Assembly (NCBI GenBank): GCA_039794845.1
Contig: JAUQVK010000006.1
Coordinates: 11,105 to 75,104, forward strand
Length of the DNA: 64,000 nucleotides
DNA from: Thermostichus sp. DRC_bins_24
Lineage (GTDB): Bacteria > Cyanobacteriota > Cyanobacteriia > Thermostichales > Thermostichaceae
Direction of reading: 5' to 3'
The position numbers were made by a program, and so were the translations under genes. Positions 19,288 to 28,355 of this stretch are shown piece after piece. The notes beneath the pieces are model-generated. The model did no database searches. It saw only the letters and a list, made by a program, of their open reading frames with translations, and had not been told where the DNA came from. How positions within the stretch are numbered: position 1 is the first letter of the stretch; every line of letters starts with the position of its first letter.

Positions 19288-20193
19288 CTAGGCCACTGAA
19301 GCCGGGGCAAATAGGCCTGTACCGCGAATCGCGTCCAAAAAAGCATACACAGCCGGTGTGTGTAATCCATTCGCCCTCAAGGCCACTCCGATCACCCGCT
19401 CCAAGGGATCTGGCAAACTGCGAACTTGCACCCCCGCAGGGACCGGTTCGGCGGCCAAACGAGGCAAAATCGCCGCTCCCAGCCCTTGGGCAACCATGCT
19501 CACCACCGTCGAGTCTTCACGCACTTCGTAGGCATAGCGAAAGCTCTGGCCCGCCTGACGCAGGTGATTTTCCAAGGCCAAGCCACACCCGGAATTATCT
19601 GCGCTCAAAATGAGAGGGAACTGTGCCAATTGTTGCCAAGTTAAAGCACCTTCCCCTAGGTCAGCATGGGGAGGCAAAAGGGCAACGTATTCATCCCGAA
19701 GGATCTCAAAGGTCTCAAATTCGGAGCCACAGGGCAGATGGGTAAACCCCAAATCCACACGACCTTCCCGCAGGTCTTCTTCTACTCCGGCATATTCGTC
19801 GTGTTCGAGGATGGTGATCTCGATATTGGGGAAGCGATGACGAAAGCGAGACAAAATCGGGGGCAACAAATGGGTAGCAGCGCTGCGAAAGGAACCAATT
19901 CTTAACTTGCCCCCCTGTAGCCCCCGTTCCCGCAGGGCCTCCTGTTCGATGGCCTCCAACAATTTCAACATCTGGCGGGCATGATCGATCACCCGTTCAC
20001 CGGTGGGGGTGGGCAGGGCTCCGTAGCGACCTCGGATCAACAAAGGGATCCCTAACTCTTCTTCGAGGCTGGCAATCGAGTGGCTAATGGCCGACTGAGA
20101 CAAATTCAGGTGTAGAGCTGCCTCGCTAAAATTGCCGTGGTTGGCAACCGCCACCAAAGCCCGCAACTGAGCCAGTTTGATATTGCTGCCCAT
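19288..20193 (-). CDS. LysR-family transcriptional regulator
   Basis: NFSEAALHLNLSQSAISHSIASLEEELG HTH plus substrate-binding domain. Confidence 0.95.
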   Translation of the reverse strand: MGSNIKLAQLRALVAVANHGNFSEAALHLNLSQSAISHSIASLEEELGIPLLIRGRYGALPTPTGERVIDHARQMLKLLEAIEQEALRERGLQGGKLRIGSFRSAATHLLPPILSRFRHRFPNIEITILEHDEYAGVEEDLREGRVDLGFTHLPCGSEFETFEILRDEYVALLPPHADLGEGALTWQQLAQFPLILSADNSGCGLALENHLRQAGQSFRYAYEVREDSTVVSMVAQGLGAAILPRLAAEPVPAGVQVRSLPDPLERVIGVALRANGLHTPAVYAFLDAIRGTGLFAPASVA

Positions 20194-20346
20194 GGAGGGA
20201 TCCCGGTTCTGGAGGGTTCTCTGGATCCTATCTCGCCAATCTTCATGAAGAGATTGTGGATAGAGTGGATAGACTAGAGTTACAACCGGTTTTGGCTCTA
20301 TGGCTAAAATAGGTCATCCCCAGCCCTATGCTTTTTCAGTTCCCCG

Positions 20347-21183
20347 GTGACCTCATCCTACGTTTCCCCTACTCCCCTATTGGGTGATGGCTGGCCACGG
20401 CTTCGGCTAACCCAACTGCTGCTTAAGCTCTTGCTGAATGGTCTGGGCAGGGCCTCTTGGCTAGGGCTCCTAGGAGCTCTGTTGGTGTGGGAACATCGCC
20501 CAGCCCTGGCGGAAGCCCTGGTGCTCAAGCAAGGAGAATTGCGAGCCTTACCCCTCTTGCAAACCCGGGCTCGACTGCCGCTGCAACCCCTGGAAATGCT
20601 CTATTTGGGCATGGTTGAGGAGCGGTTTTTGAGCTACGCCCGCACCAACAACTGGGAGACGATCTCCAGCGACCGTGAGGATCCCCGCTGGATCCGTTGG
20701 CAACTGCGCCCCGGCGGCGAAGCGCTTTACCTGGCGGATCCGTTTTTGCCCCAAGATCCCTCGGATCCCCCGATCTATGCTCGTGGGTTTTATGTGCAGG
20801 CCTATTTCGTCGGCGGACGGCTGGTGGGGATGCACCTGATCCAAAACCCAGAGGAGCCGGGTTTTAACTTGAGGGAACTGCAAAGGCTCATCCGCGCCTG
20901 GTTCCCCGACAACCGCTTGATGTTGTACTACCAAGTGCTGCCGGAGGATCCCCATCAGCAGGTGTTGGGGGCTTACTTGGGTACCATTCCCTCTGCCTTC
21001 GTTGCCGATATTCAGCGCAACCGTGTGCCTTTCTGCCAGACCTTTCTGACGCCAATCTCCCCCCAGCCTATTACGCCCCCTTTGATCGATTTACCCCCCC
21101 ATTGCCTAAATGCAAACGATTCTGCTCAGGTAGAAGTGAACGGCGCAACGGCCTTTGGGGAGGGGGCCCCTCTGGTGCGCTAA
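20347..21183 (+). CDS. Hypothetical protein, possibly exported
   Basis: 278-aa ORF with hydrophobic PALA-type signal; divergent from lysR; no recognised domain. Confidence 0.6.
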   Translation: MTSSYVSPTPLLGDGWPRLRLTQLLLKLLLNGLGRASWLGLLGALLVWEHRPALAEALVLKQGELRALPLLQTRARLPLQPLEMLYLGMVEERFLSYARTNNWETISSDREDPRWIRWQLRPGGEALYLADPFLPQDPSDPPIYARGFYVQAYFVGGRLVGMHLIQNPEEPGFNLRELQRLIRAWFPDNRLMLYYQVLPEDPHQQVLGAYLGTIPSAFVADIQRNRVPFCQTFLTPISPQPITPPLIDLPPHCLNANDSAQVEVNGATAFGEGAPLVR

Positions 21184-21356
21184 TTCCCTTCGCGCAGCTT
21201 GGCACCGGCCGTAACCCCTCTTCCATGTTGGGAGAGAAGAGTCAGGAAGGGTATCGTTCTTGTTTGGAGTGACCCTAAGCTTGACCCTAAGCTTAAGGAG
21301 CCTGGCTCTTCAGCGGCCAGGGGAGCTACCCCCTGCAAACCAGAACTTGGCTCACC

Positions 21357-22067
21357 TCAAACCGTAACCAGCTCCGGACGGCGGCTGCTGCGAATGTCGC
21401 GAATGGCTTCTGCATAATCTCTGGCTTTAAACACCGCTGAGCCGGCCACAATCGCATTGGCGCCTGCCTCGATCACCTGCCAAGCATTGCTCCCCTTCAG
21501 GCCGCCATCCACCTCAATCCAAGGATCCAACCCACGCTCGTCGCAGAGGGCACGCAACTGGCGAATTTTGGGCACCACCGCCGGGATAAAGCTTTGTCCA
21601 CCAAAGCCGGGGTTGACACTCATGATCAGCACCAAATCCACCAGATCCAGCACATATTGAATCAAATCCAAAGGACTGGCTGGGTTAAGCACCACTCCTG
21701 CCTGTTTGCCCAGATCCTTAATTTGGCTAAGGGTACGGTGCAGGTGAATGGTGGAGCTAGACTCGGCGTGCACGGAGATAATATCGGCCCCCGCTTTGGC
21801 AAAATCTGCTACATAATTCTCCGGCTGCACAATCATTAGGTGCACATCCAGGGGCTTAGCCGTGACCGGGCGCAGGGCCTCTACCACCAACGGGCCAATG
21901 GTAATATTCGGCACAAAACGACCATCCATGACATCCACATGGATCCAGTCGGCTCCGGCTTCATCCACTGCCCGCACTTCATCCCCCAAGCGGCTAAAAT
22001 CTGCCGAAAGAATCGAAGGGGCAATCACAATCGGCTTCTGCCTAGAGGTCGCTGACGGCTTGATCAT
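21357..22067 (-). CDS. rpe: Ribulose-phosphate 3-epimerase
   Basis: [41 protein letters not shown]. Confidence 0.97.
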   Translation of the reverse strand: MIKPSATSRQKPIVIAPSILSADFSRLGDEVRAVDEAGADWIHVDVMDGRFVPNITIGPLVVEALRPVTAKPLDVHLMIVQPENYVADFAKAGADIISVHAESSSTIHLHRTLSQIKDLGKQAGVVLNPASPLDLIQYVLDLVDLVLIMSVNPGFGGQSFIPAVVPKIRQLRALCDERGLDPWIEVDGGLKGSNAWQVIEAGANAIVAGSAVFKARDYAEAIRDIRSSRRPELVTV

Positions 22068-22172
22068 GGCGGATATCCACATATGTAAACAGAGAAACAG
22101 TGAGTCTTGCCCCTCTATGGTACGAGGTCTGTTACCCTTTGCAAAGCGTCACAGACCTTCTCAGACTCGGGA

Positions 22173-22436
22173 TCAAGGCTCAAGGGGTGGGGAAGATTCT
22201 CGCTGCCGGATCCCCACCAAGCTGGCATCTGCAAACCGCAACCCCTGTAAAACTTGGGCGATACGCCGCAACAGGCCTGACCGCTCGGAAGAAGTGCTTT
22301 GGGTCTCTGGAGAAGACTGCTCAGAGGGAACGGGATCCAATTGCAGCGTCATAGAGAGCTGCTGTAGCTGCATGTAGATGCTATTCACCGCCAGCATCGC
22401 CAAGACCGTGCCGAAAAACTTGGTGCGGGATCCCAT
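22173..22436 (-). CDS. Small hypothetical protein
   Basis: ATG ORF with hydrophobic N-terminus filling the gap; no recognised motif. Confidence 0.4.
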   Translation of the reverse strand: MGSRTKFFGTVLAMLAVNSIYMQLQQLSMTLQLDPVPSEQSSPETQSTSSERSGLLRRIAQVLQGLRFADASLVGIRQRESSPPLEP

Positions 22437-22551
22437 GGGTTAACTCACAAAAGGAAACAAATGGACAGGACTGCAACCGCAAGACCTGTCTAGCACCAAC
22501 TTAGCCTACCCCTCTGTGACTCGTTGCTGTTTCTTAAGTTGCTCTGAGGAT

Positions 22552-23226
22552 TCAGCAGCCTGGGAGGAAAGTCCTTTTCTGGTGAATGAAGACTGCTTTT
22601 TCTGAGTATTGCGGTACAAGGATCTCCTGCACCAAAAAGCAAGCCAGATCAACCCGTGAAAGCTGGGATCCCAAGCCCACTTTGACTTCTGTGCCGATAG
22701 CAAGCGCGCCCTGGGCAGGAGTATTGACCAATTTGGGTGGCTTCACCAGCGTCCAGTTCAAACCACTGCTGCGCAGAATCTGTTCCTGTTGGGCTCTATC
22801 TTCGGCCAAAGCAGGGCTGACCCGTTTAAACAGTTCCACCAGCAACTGAAAGGGCCGGGTGCGATTTTGCCGATACTCCCCGATCATGGCCCCCGTCTGG
22901 CAAACGATGCGCTCCACCTTGCATCTGTGCATGGCATCGACAATAACCTGCGTTGCCTCAGCGCAAAAAAGATCGGTAAACGGCGGACGCGGCCCAAACA
23001 CGCAGCAAACGGCCTCACAGCCCCTGAGGGTATCCTCCACATCTCCACTACTTTGCAGGGATCCCACCCTGATCTCCACTGCATCGGAGGGAACGGCAAT
23101 CGAAGCGGTGGGGCGCACCAGAGTTCGCACCCGCAAGCCCTGAGCCAGTGCTTGTGAGATCACCTGCTGTCCTGTAGCGCCACTGCCACCAAACAGGGCC
23201 AAGGAGTGGATCAGGCGCGTAGACAT
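22552..23226 (-). CDS. NAD(P)H-binding oxidoreductase (BVR-B/atypical SDR-like)
   Basis: FGGSGATG Rossmann motif, LVR, SGLNWTLVKP, SRVDLA. Confidence 0.85.
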   Translation of the reverse strand: MSTRLIHSLALFGGSGATGQQVISQALAQGLRVRTLVRPTASIAVPSDAVEIRVGSLQSSGDVEDTLRGCEAVCCVFGPRPPFTDLFCAEATQVIVDAMHRCKVERIVCQTGAMIGEYRQNRTRPFQLLVELFKRVSPALAEDRAQQEQILRSSGLNWTLVKPPKLVNTPAQGALAIGTEVKVGLGSQLSRVDLACFLVQEILVPQYSEKAVFIHQKRTFLPGC

Positions 23227-23293
23227 GAATCCCGCTCTCAAGACAGTCCGCTATCCCCTCTTCAATTTACAGTGACCGGCTTAGCCAGAAGGT

Positions 23294-23881
23294 TCAACGA
23301 ATTTGCCGTTGGCGTACCCAATGCCGCAAACATTGTTGGGCCAAGAGAGTCGGTTCCTGCAAATTGTAAGCCCCGAGCAAATCCCCCCGACCATCCGCCA
23401 AAAACAGCAACGCCTGCCGTCGTGGATCGGCGCTGGGGAGCACCTGTCGGGCCAAGTCCTTGAGCGGCATGACCGATTCGCCGGAGAAATCCACCGCCAA
23501 ATAGGGGGATCCCTGCTCAGAAACGGGGTAGTCTCGCCGCAAAGTGTGCAACACCAAGTCTCGAAAGGCTGCCATCCCGGTGCCATCAATGACGATGATC
23601 TGGCGAAACCCTTGATACTGGCCAAACTCCAGATCCATCCGCCGCGAAATGTCCACCGATTGTTGGGCGGTGGTGCGGTTGGTCAAAATCACCGCCTGTA
23701 ACCCGTCCGGGAACTCCGCCAAATTCAAAATGTCCCCATGGATACTCTCTGGTTGAATCGAGAGCACTAAGGGATCCCTTCCCTTCAGACAAGCGGATTC
23801 TGCCCAAGTGGGGGAAGCAAACAAACCAGCCTCAAGAACACTAAGCAGCAGCAGAGCAAAAGGGGATGGGCAAAGGGGCAT
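23294..23881 (-). CDS. Exported hypothetical protein, possibly thioredoxin-like fold
   Basis: Signal peptide; LFLADGRG-type C-terminal strand. Confidence 0.55.
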   Translation of the reverse strand: MPLCPSPFALLLLSVLEAGLFASPTWAESACLKGRDPLVLSIQPESIHGDILNLAEFPDGLQAVILTNRTTAQQSVDISRRMDLEFGQYQGFRQIIVIDGTGMAAFRDLVLHTLRRDYPVSEQGSPYLAVDFSGESVMPLKDLARQVLPSADPRRQALLFLADGRGDLLGAYNLQEPTLLAQQCLRHWVRQRQIR

Positions 23882-23951
23882 AGGAGGGACAACCGGAGAA
23901 GAAGTAAGATGAACTACAGGAACCCTGCAATATTTCTACATCTTTTTCACG

Positions 23952-24872
23952 GTGTTGACTGCTACTCCTGTCGGTTCTGCGGCTGCTGCAATCGCCGCTT
24001 TCGCTCCCCAAACTTGGTATTGGCGCGGCTACCCCATTCAATATGCGGTGCAAGGGCCGGTGAACTCCGGTTCCCCTTTGGTGTTGGTGCATGGGTTTGG
24101 AGCCTCCATTGGCCATTGGCGGCACAACATCCCCGTTCTGGCTGCGGCGGGATATCGGGTTTACGCCCTCGATCTGCTCGGGTTTGGGGGATCGGCAAAA
24201 CCTGTTCTTCCCTACAGCCTGGATCTTTGGGTTGAATTGCTTGTGGATTTTTGGCAGGAGCACATTCAACGGCCAGCGGTGTTCATCGGCAATTCCATCG
24301 GCGCTTTGCTCAGCTTGATCATGGCGGCCCAACATCCGCAGTTAACCGCCGGGGCGGTGTTGCTCAACTGTGCCGGAGGCTTGAACCATCGCTCCCACGA
24401 GCTGAACCCCATCTTTCGTTGGGTCATGGGCACCTTTACCGCTTTGGTGGCCTCTCCGGTGACCGGGCCTTTCTTGTTCAACCGCATTCGCCAACGCCGG
24501 CGCATCCGCGACACCCTGAAGCAGGTGTACCGCAATCCTGCCGCCATTACCGATGAACTGGTGGAGATCCTCTATGCCCCGTCTTGTGATGTGGGTGCTC
24601 AGCAGGTGTTTGCCGCCATTCTCACGGCCCCCGCTGGCCCGACTCCTGAGGCTTTGCTCCCGCTGGTGCGTTGCCCCCTCCTGGTGTTGTGGGGAGAGGC
24701 GGATCCCTGGACCCCGATTCGCCGCGGCCAAGGCTTTCAGCAGTACGTGAACGGAATTGACTACCAATTCTTGCCGATCCCCGATACGGGCCATTGCCCC
24801 CACGATGAGCGCCCCGAGGTGATCAATCCTCTGATTCTGGACTGGTTACCCAAGGCTTTCTCGGCGGGGTAA
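23952..24872 (+). CDS. Alpha/beta-fold hydrolase
   Basis: LVHGFGAS, DLLGFG, GNSIG nucleophile, GHCPHDE. Confidence 0.93.
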   Translation: MLTATPVGSAAAAIAAFAPQTWYWRGYPIQYAVQGPVNSGSPLVLVHGFGASIGHWRHNIPVLAAAGYRVYALDLLGFGGSAKPVLPYSLDLWVELLVDFWQEHIQRPAVFIGNSIGALLSLIMAAQHPQLTAGAVLLNCAGGLNHRSHELNPIFRWVMGTFTALVASPVTGPFLFNRIRQRRRIRDTLKQVYRNPAAITDELVEILYAPSCDVGAQQVFAAILTAPAGPTPEALLPLVRCPLLVLWGEADPWTPIRRGQGFQQYVNGIDYQFLPIPDTGHCPHDERPEVINPLILDWLPKAFSAG

Positions 24873-24888
24873 GATTGCTTCCTCCAGC

Positions 24889-25326
24889 CTATTTTTTGGC
24901 TAAGCCCAGCCAACCCCGTATCTTTTCAATCCAGACTTGCATGGGTGAGGGCTGGGGACGGATCGCCAGCTGAATCGGTTCATCTTGAAAGTCTTTGTCC
25001 TTGAGGCGGAACCCGAACTCCAGGTCGTCCTTGACTTTGCTCAGCCGTGGAAACAACCTGAGGGCTGCCTTTTTAAGCTCTTCCTCATTTTGGAAAATGG
25101 CCTGATGAATGGCACTGGAACGCCCCACCGCCAGGGATCCCACGGGTACCCAGGGATTGGGTTTTCCAGGGGTGGCCTTGCCGGATCGGGCAAAAATGTT
25201 AAACTCCGGCATTCCTTTCGACCGCAGCTCATCGTACCGCTTGGCGGCCTGCTTCCGCTTGGCAGTATTGGGGCTGGTGGGCTTCTTCTCGGGCTTAGAT
25301 TTGCTGAACCCCTTGGACTGACTCAT
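24889..25326 (-). CDS. HHL1-like cyanobacterial protein
   Basis: KGF N-terminus, PEFNIFAR, WVPVGSLAV.RS, LEFGFRLK..DEPI. Confidence 0.7.
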   Translation of the reverse strand: MSQSKGFSKSKPEKKPTSPNTAKRKQAAKRYDELRSKGMPEFNIFARSGKATPGKPNPWVPVGSLAVGRSSAIHQAIFQNEEELKKAALRLFPRLSKVKDDLEFGFRLKDKDFQDEPIQLAIRPQPSPMQVWIEKIRGWLGLAKK

Positions 25327-25469
25327 ACCACGGCGGGGAGGAAGGTAGATTTTTGCAGCTTAGCGCAAATCGTCTCCCCTTCTCTGCTTGGGATCCCTTG
25401 TCATGGTTGTCAACAATGTGCGTGTTATACTTGTTGAGCTCTGGTGGGGTGTTGAAAAGCCTTGCCTGT

Positions 25470-25543
<74 letters not shown>

Positions 25544-25550
25544 TGGACTT

Positions 25551-25575
25551 AAAACCCGCTCTAGGAGCGGGTTTT
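25551..25575 (+). terminator. Intrinsic terminator after tRNA-Pro
   Basis: AAAACCCGCTC-TAG-GAGCGGGTTTT perfect hairpin. Confidence 0.8.
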
Positions 25576-25685
25576 ATCGTTTCAACCTCCCTCCTGGGGA
25601 GAGTGGATTAATACCCCTAAGGGAGCGATTTTGAGCCTAGGGTCTCCCTAAGACCCTCCCTAAACACGATTTAGGGAGAGTCTCC

Positions 25686-25877
25686 ATGGCAGTAGAGAAC
25701 AACAACGGACAGATCCGCCTGGTCTTCCAGCACCAGGGCAAGCGGTACAGACTAGATGGCCTGGGAGCCTATGACGATGGGAAACGCCTAGCCCAGGTCA
25801 AGGCCATAGAAGAACGTATCAAGCAGGATAGGCAGAATGGTCAGTTCCCCTTCTCTACCCAGGAGGAGGTCAGCTGA
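25686..25877 (+). pseudogene. Integrase N-terminal arm-type DNA-binding domain only (truncated tyrosine integrase or minigene)
   Basis: G.IRLVFQHQGKRYRL..LG......A.....I..D...G.F pattern of cyanobacterial integrase N-termini; directly downstream of the tRNA; no catalytic domain. Confidence 0.65.
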
Positions 25878-25925
25878 GCCTTTTGTCCGACAGGGATCCC
25901 CCAACCCTGAGGGATCCCCGCGGGC

Positions 25926-26578
25926 TCAGCGCAACCGATAGACCCGACCGAACCTGGCCACAAGCAGCAACTGCTCCAACGCCTCCAACTGAGCCGGTGA
26001 GAACAGCAGTTGTATTTGCCTATCCCTTACCCAGGCACCCGGCGGATAGATCTCGCGCAATTGCCGCAGCTGCAGGCAGGCACTTCGAATCTCCGGTCGG
26101 ACGGGGCACTGAAGCACCCGAGCCAAAGCCCCCAACAGAGGCAATCGATGCCCTGAGCGAGGCGGCTTACCCACCTTCAAATGAATACCCCACCCCTCCT
26201 GAGCGCCGACCCGGATCCCCAAAACCTCACAGGATCCCTCTCCTTTCACCAACAACACTTGCTCGGGGAGAATATCCATAACCTCTACCCCCAGCAGCAT
26301 CGGCACCAACTTGGCCGTCAGAACAATTGCATGCTCATCCGTCCAGCGGAACTCCGGCACCTTCAGCAGCCTCCTTCCCCGAGGCCCCCGAAACCGGTTC
26401 AGCTGCTTCAGCCGCTCTTGCTCCTTTCGTAAATTTTCATACTCCGCCCTTAGGCGCTGAGCCAGCTGCTGCGGACAGCCTACTTCTCGCTCTTTTAAAT
26501 CTTGCAGTAACAATCTTGCAGTAACCACCTCTGGATGGGAAGAGAGGGGTTAGAACCAATCCAACTCGGACTCGCCAT
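25926..26578 (-). pseudogene. Orphan gene frameshifted by a 14-bp tandem duplication
   Basis: AAGGAG RBS plus ATG at 26578; removing one AATCTTGCAGTAAC copy (26498-26525) joins MASPSWIGSNPSLPIQRW in frame to LLQDLKERE... of ORF 25926-26528. Confidence 0.65.
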
Positions 26579-26792
26579 GTGTAACTCCTTTGACACTCAT
26601 CTGACACTCATCGCTACGGCAACACACCAACTTTGTCGGGCGGCAAGCGTTCTGTAGTCTGGGTGTCGGAGTCGCTACGTGGCCATGACGAACCCAAGCG
26701 ATCCTGGACAGGGGCATAGCTTGTCCTTGTGCAGGGTGTCTACCTTCAATTGTGCTTAGGAGGCACAGTCGTCCACCGAGCGGTGCGGAACG

Positions 26793-27302
26793 TTATGCCA
26801 AAGCTCGCTTGTAAAGTTGGTAATCCTCCTCTCCATAGCAACAAAAGATTACTTTCTCTGGCGTATCCCATCTAGCCAGAAACCTTTGAGTGGTATCCAC
26901 TGCGATTTGACAGGCTCTATCCTTGGGAAAGCCATAAACCCCTGTACTGATGCAGGGAAAAGCAATGGATAAAATGTCGTGCTCAGATGCCAAGGTCAGA
27001 CAGCGCTCGTAGCATTGCGCCAAGATCTGTTCCTCCTCCTCGTGGCCCCCCATCCAAATTGGCCCTACCGTATGAATTACCCAGTCCGCCGGTAAACCAA
27101 AGCCAGGGGTAATCTTGGCCTCTCCCGGATCACACCCCCCCAACAGACGACAGGCAGCCAAGAGCTCAGGCCCAGCCGCCCGGTGAATTGCCCCATCCAC
27201 CCCGCCACCTCCCAGAAGCGTGGAATTGGCGGCATTGACAATGGCATCCACCTCCAAAGTGGTGATGTCTCCGTAGAATATCTGAATCCGTTGCCGCATC
27301 AT
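26793..27302 (-). CDS. Macrodomain O-acetyl-ADP-ribose deacetylase (YmdB-like)
   Basis: [53 protein letters not shown]. Confidence 0.93.
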   Translation of the reverse strand: MMRQRIQIFYGDITTLEVDAIVNAANSTLLGGGGVDGAIHRAAGPELLAACRLLGGCDPGEAKITPGFGLPADWVIHTVGPIWMGGHEEEEQILAQCYERCLTLASEHDILSIAFPCISTGVYGFPKDRACQIAVDTTQRFLARWDTPEKVIFCCYGEEDYQLYKRALA

Positions 27303-27305
27303 TCG

Positions 27306-27462
27306 TATTGCCCTTTATGCCAAGGACACGCTAGCGCGTTTGCCGATGGCGGCCCAAACGCCCTAGACACATCCAACCACTATGGAGGTTGAGTTGAGAC
27401 CTACCTCCTGGAGGGCTTTGGAAGCACAATCTCTGCCGTAGAAAACCCGCACAAGGGCTGTA
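27306..27462 (-). mobile_element. MITE-like element, copy A
   Basis: Reverse complement aligns end to end with 60021-60176; one end intact (TACAGCCCTT on the minus strand), the other degenerate (AAAGGGCAATA). Confidence 0.75.
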
Positions 27463-27506
27463 ATCAGAATTCGCAGATCAAGAGCTCTTCTACCCTTGTT
27501 GAACTT

Positions 27507-28301
27507 CTAAGCGTTTTGTATTGATCGAGGTGCCCTGGGGTTAACAGATTGGGCATGCACCTGTCGGGCCAGCTTTAGGGTGAAATGGCTGTGGGATCCC
27601 ACCGTTCCCCCCAGCACCTGAAAGGGTGCTTCCGGTTCGCCCAAATGATCCAGCACCAGAGCAGCCCCGGAAAAGTCCTGCGCTTGGGTGTAGCCATTCA
27701 CCGTCACCACGGTTGGGATCCCGGCCTGCTGAGCAGAAAGTAGCCCATTGTGAGAATCTTCAAAGGCCAGACAGTCCTGAGGCTCTAGGCCCATCGTCTC
27801 TAGAGTGTAGTGATAAATATCCGGGGCGGGCTTTTTGGCGGGGACGATATCCCCGGCGGCAATCACCTCAAACCACTGCAAGCTCTCGGGCAGGGTATGC
27901 TCCAGCAAGGCCGTCACATTTTCGGGGGTGGTGGTGGTGGCAATGGCCAAGCGGATCCCGGCGGTTTTCGCCTCCTGCAAAAAGCGCTTGACCCCGGTTC
28001 GCAACGGGATCCCGCCCTGGGCCAGCAGAGCGGTGTAGTGGCGGGTTTTGGCCTTGTGCAACTGGGCAATTAAGCCTGTCAAATCATCCGTGGGTGGGAG
28101 TGGAGGCTGAACAGTGTCAATGAAGTGGCGAATCCGCTCTTTGCCCCCCGTCACGGCCAATAACTGGCCGTACAGCTCCACCGACCACTGCCAGTCGAGG
28201 CCCGCTTCTGCAAAGGCTGCGTTAAAGGCCACGCGATGGCCATCTCGCTCCGTATCCGCCAGAGTACCGTCCACATCGAAGATCAACGCTTGCAGTTGCA
28301 T
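27507..28301 (-). CDS. cbbY: CbbY-like HAD-family phosphatase
   Basis: FDVDGTLADTERDGHRVAFN, TGGKERI, KKPAPDIY, EDS.NG. Confidence 0.85.
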   Translation of the reverse strand: MQLQALIFDVDGTLADTERDGHRVAFNAAFAEAGLDWQWSVELYGQLLAVTGGKERIRHFIDTVQPPLPPTDDLTGLIAQLHKAKTRHYTALLAQGGIPLRTGVKRFLQEAKTAGIRLAIATTTTPENVTALLEHTLPESLQWFEVIAAGDIVPAKKPAPDIYHYTLETMGLEPQDCLAFEDSHNGLLSAQQAGIPTVVTVNGYTQAQDFSGAALVLDHLGEPEAPFQVLGGTVGSHSHFTLKLARQVHAQSVNPRAPRSIQNA

Positions 28302-28355
28302 CGGCCAAGGATCCAAAAGGGCGACCTCATGCTACCGCAGCTCAGGGATCCCCGG

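Noticed and set aside
25883..26281. 132-aa Pro-rich plus-strand ORF as continuation of the integrase
   Set aside because: No tyrosine-recombinase catalytic motifs; it is antisense to the better-supported orphan gene
25544..27506. Duplicated tRNA-Pro 3' end (attR) bounding the island
   Set aside because: No copy of CCTGTCATCCCGA found downstream, so the island boundary is not defined
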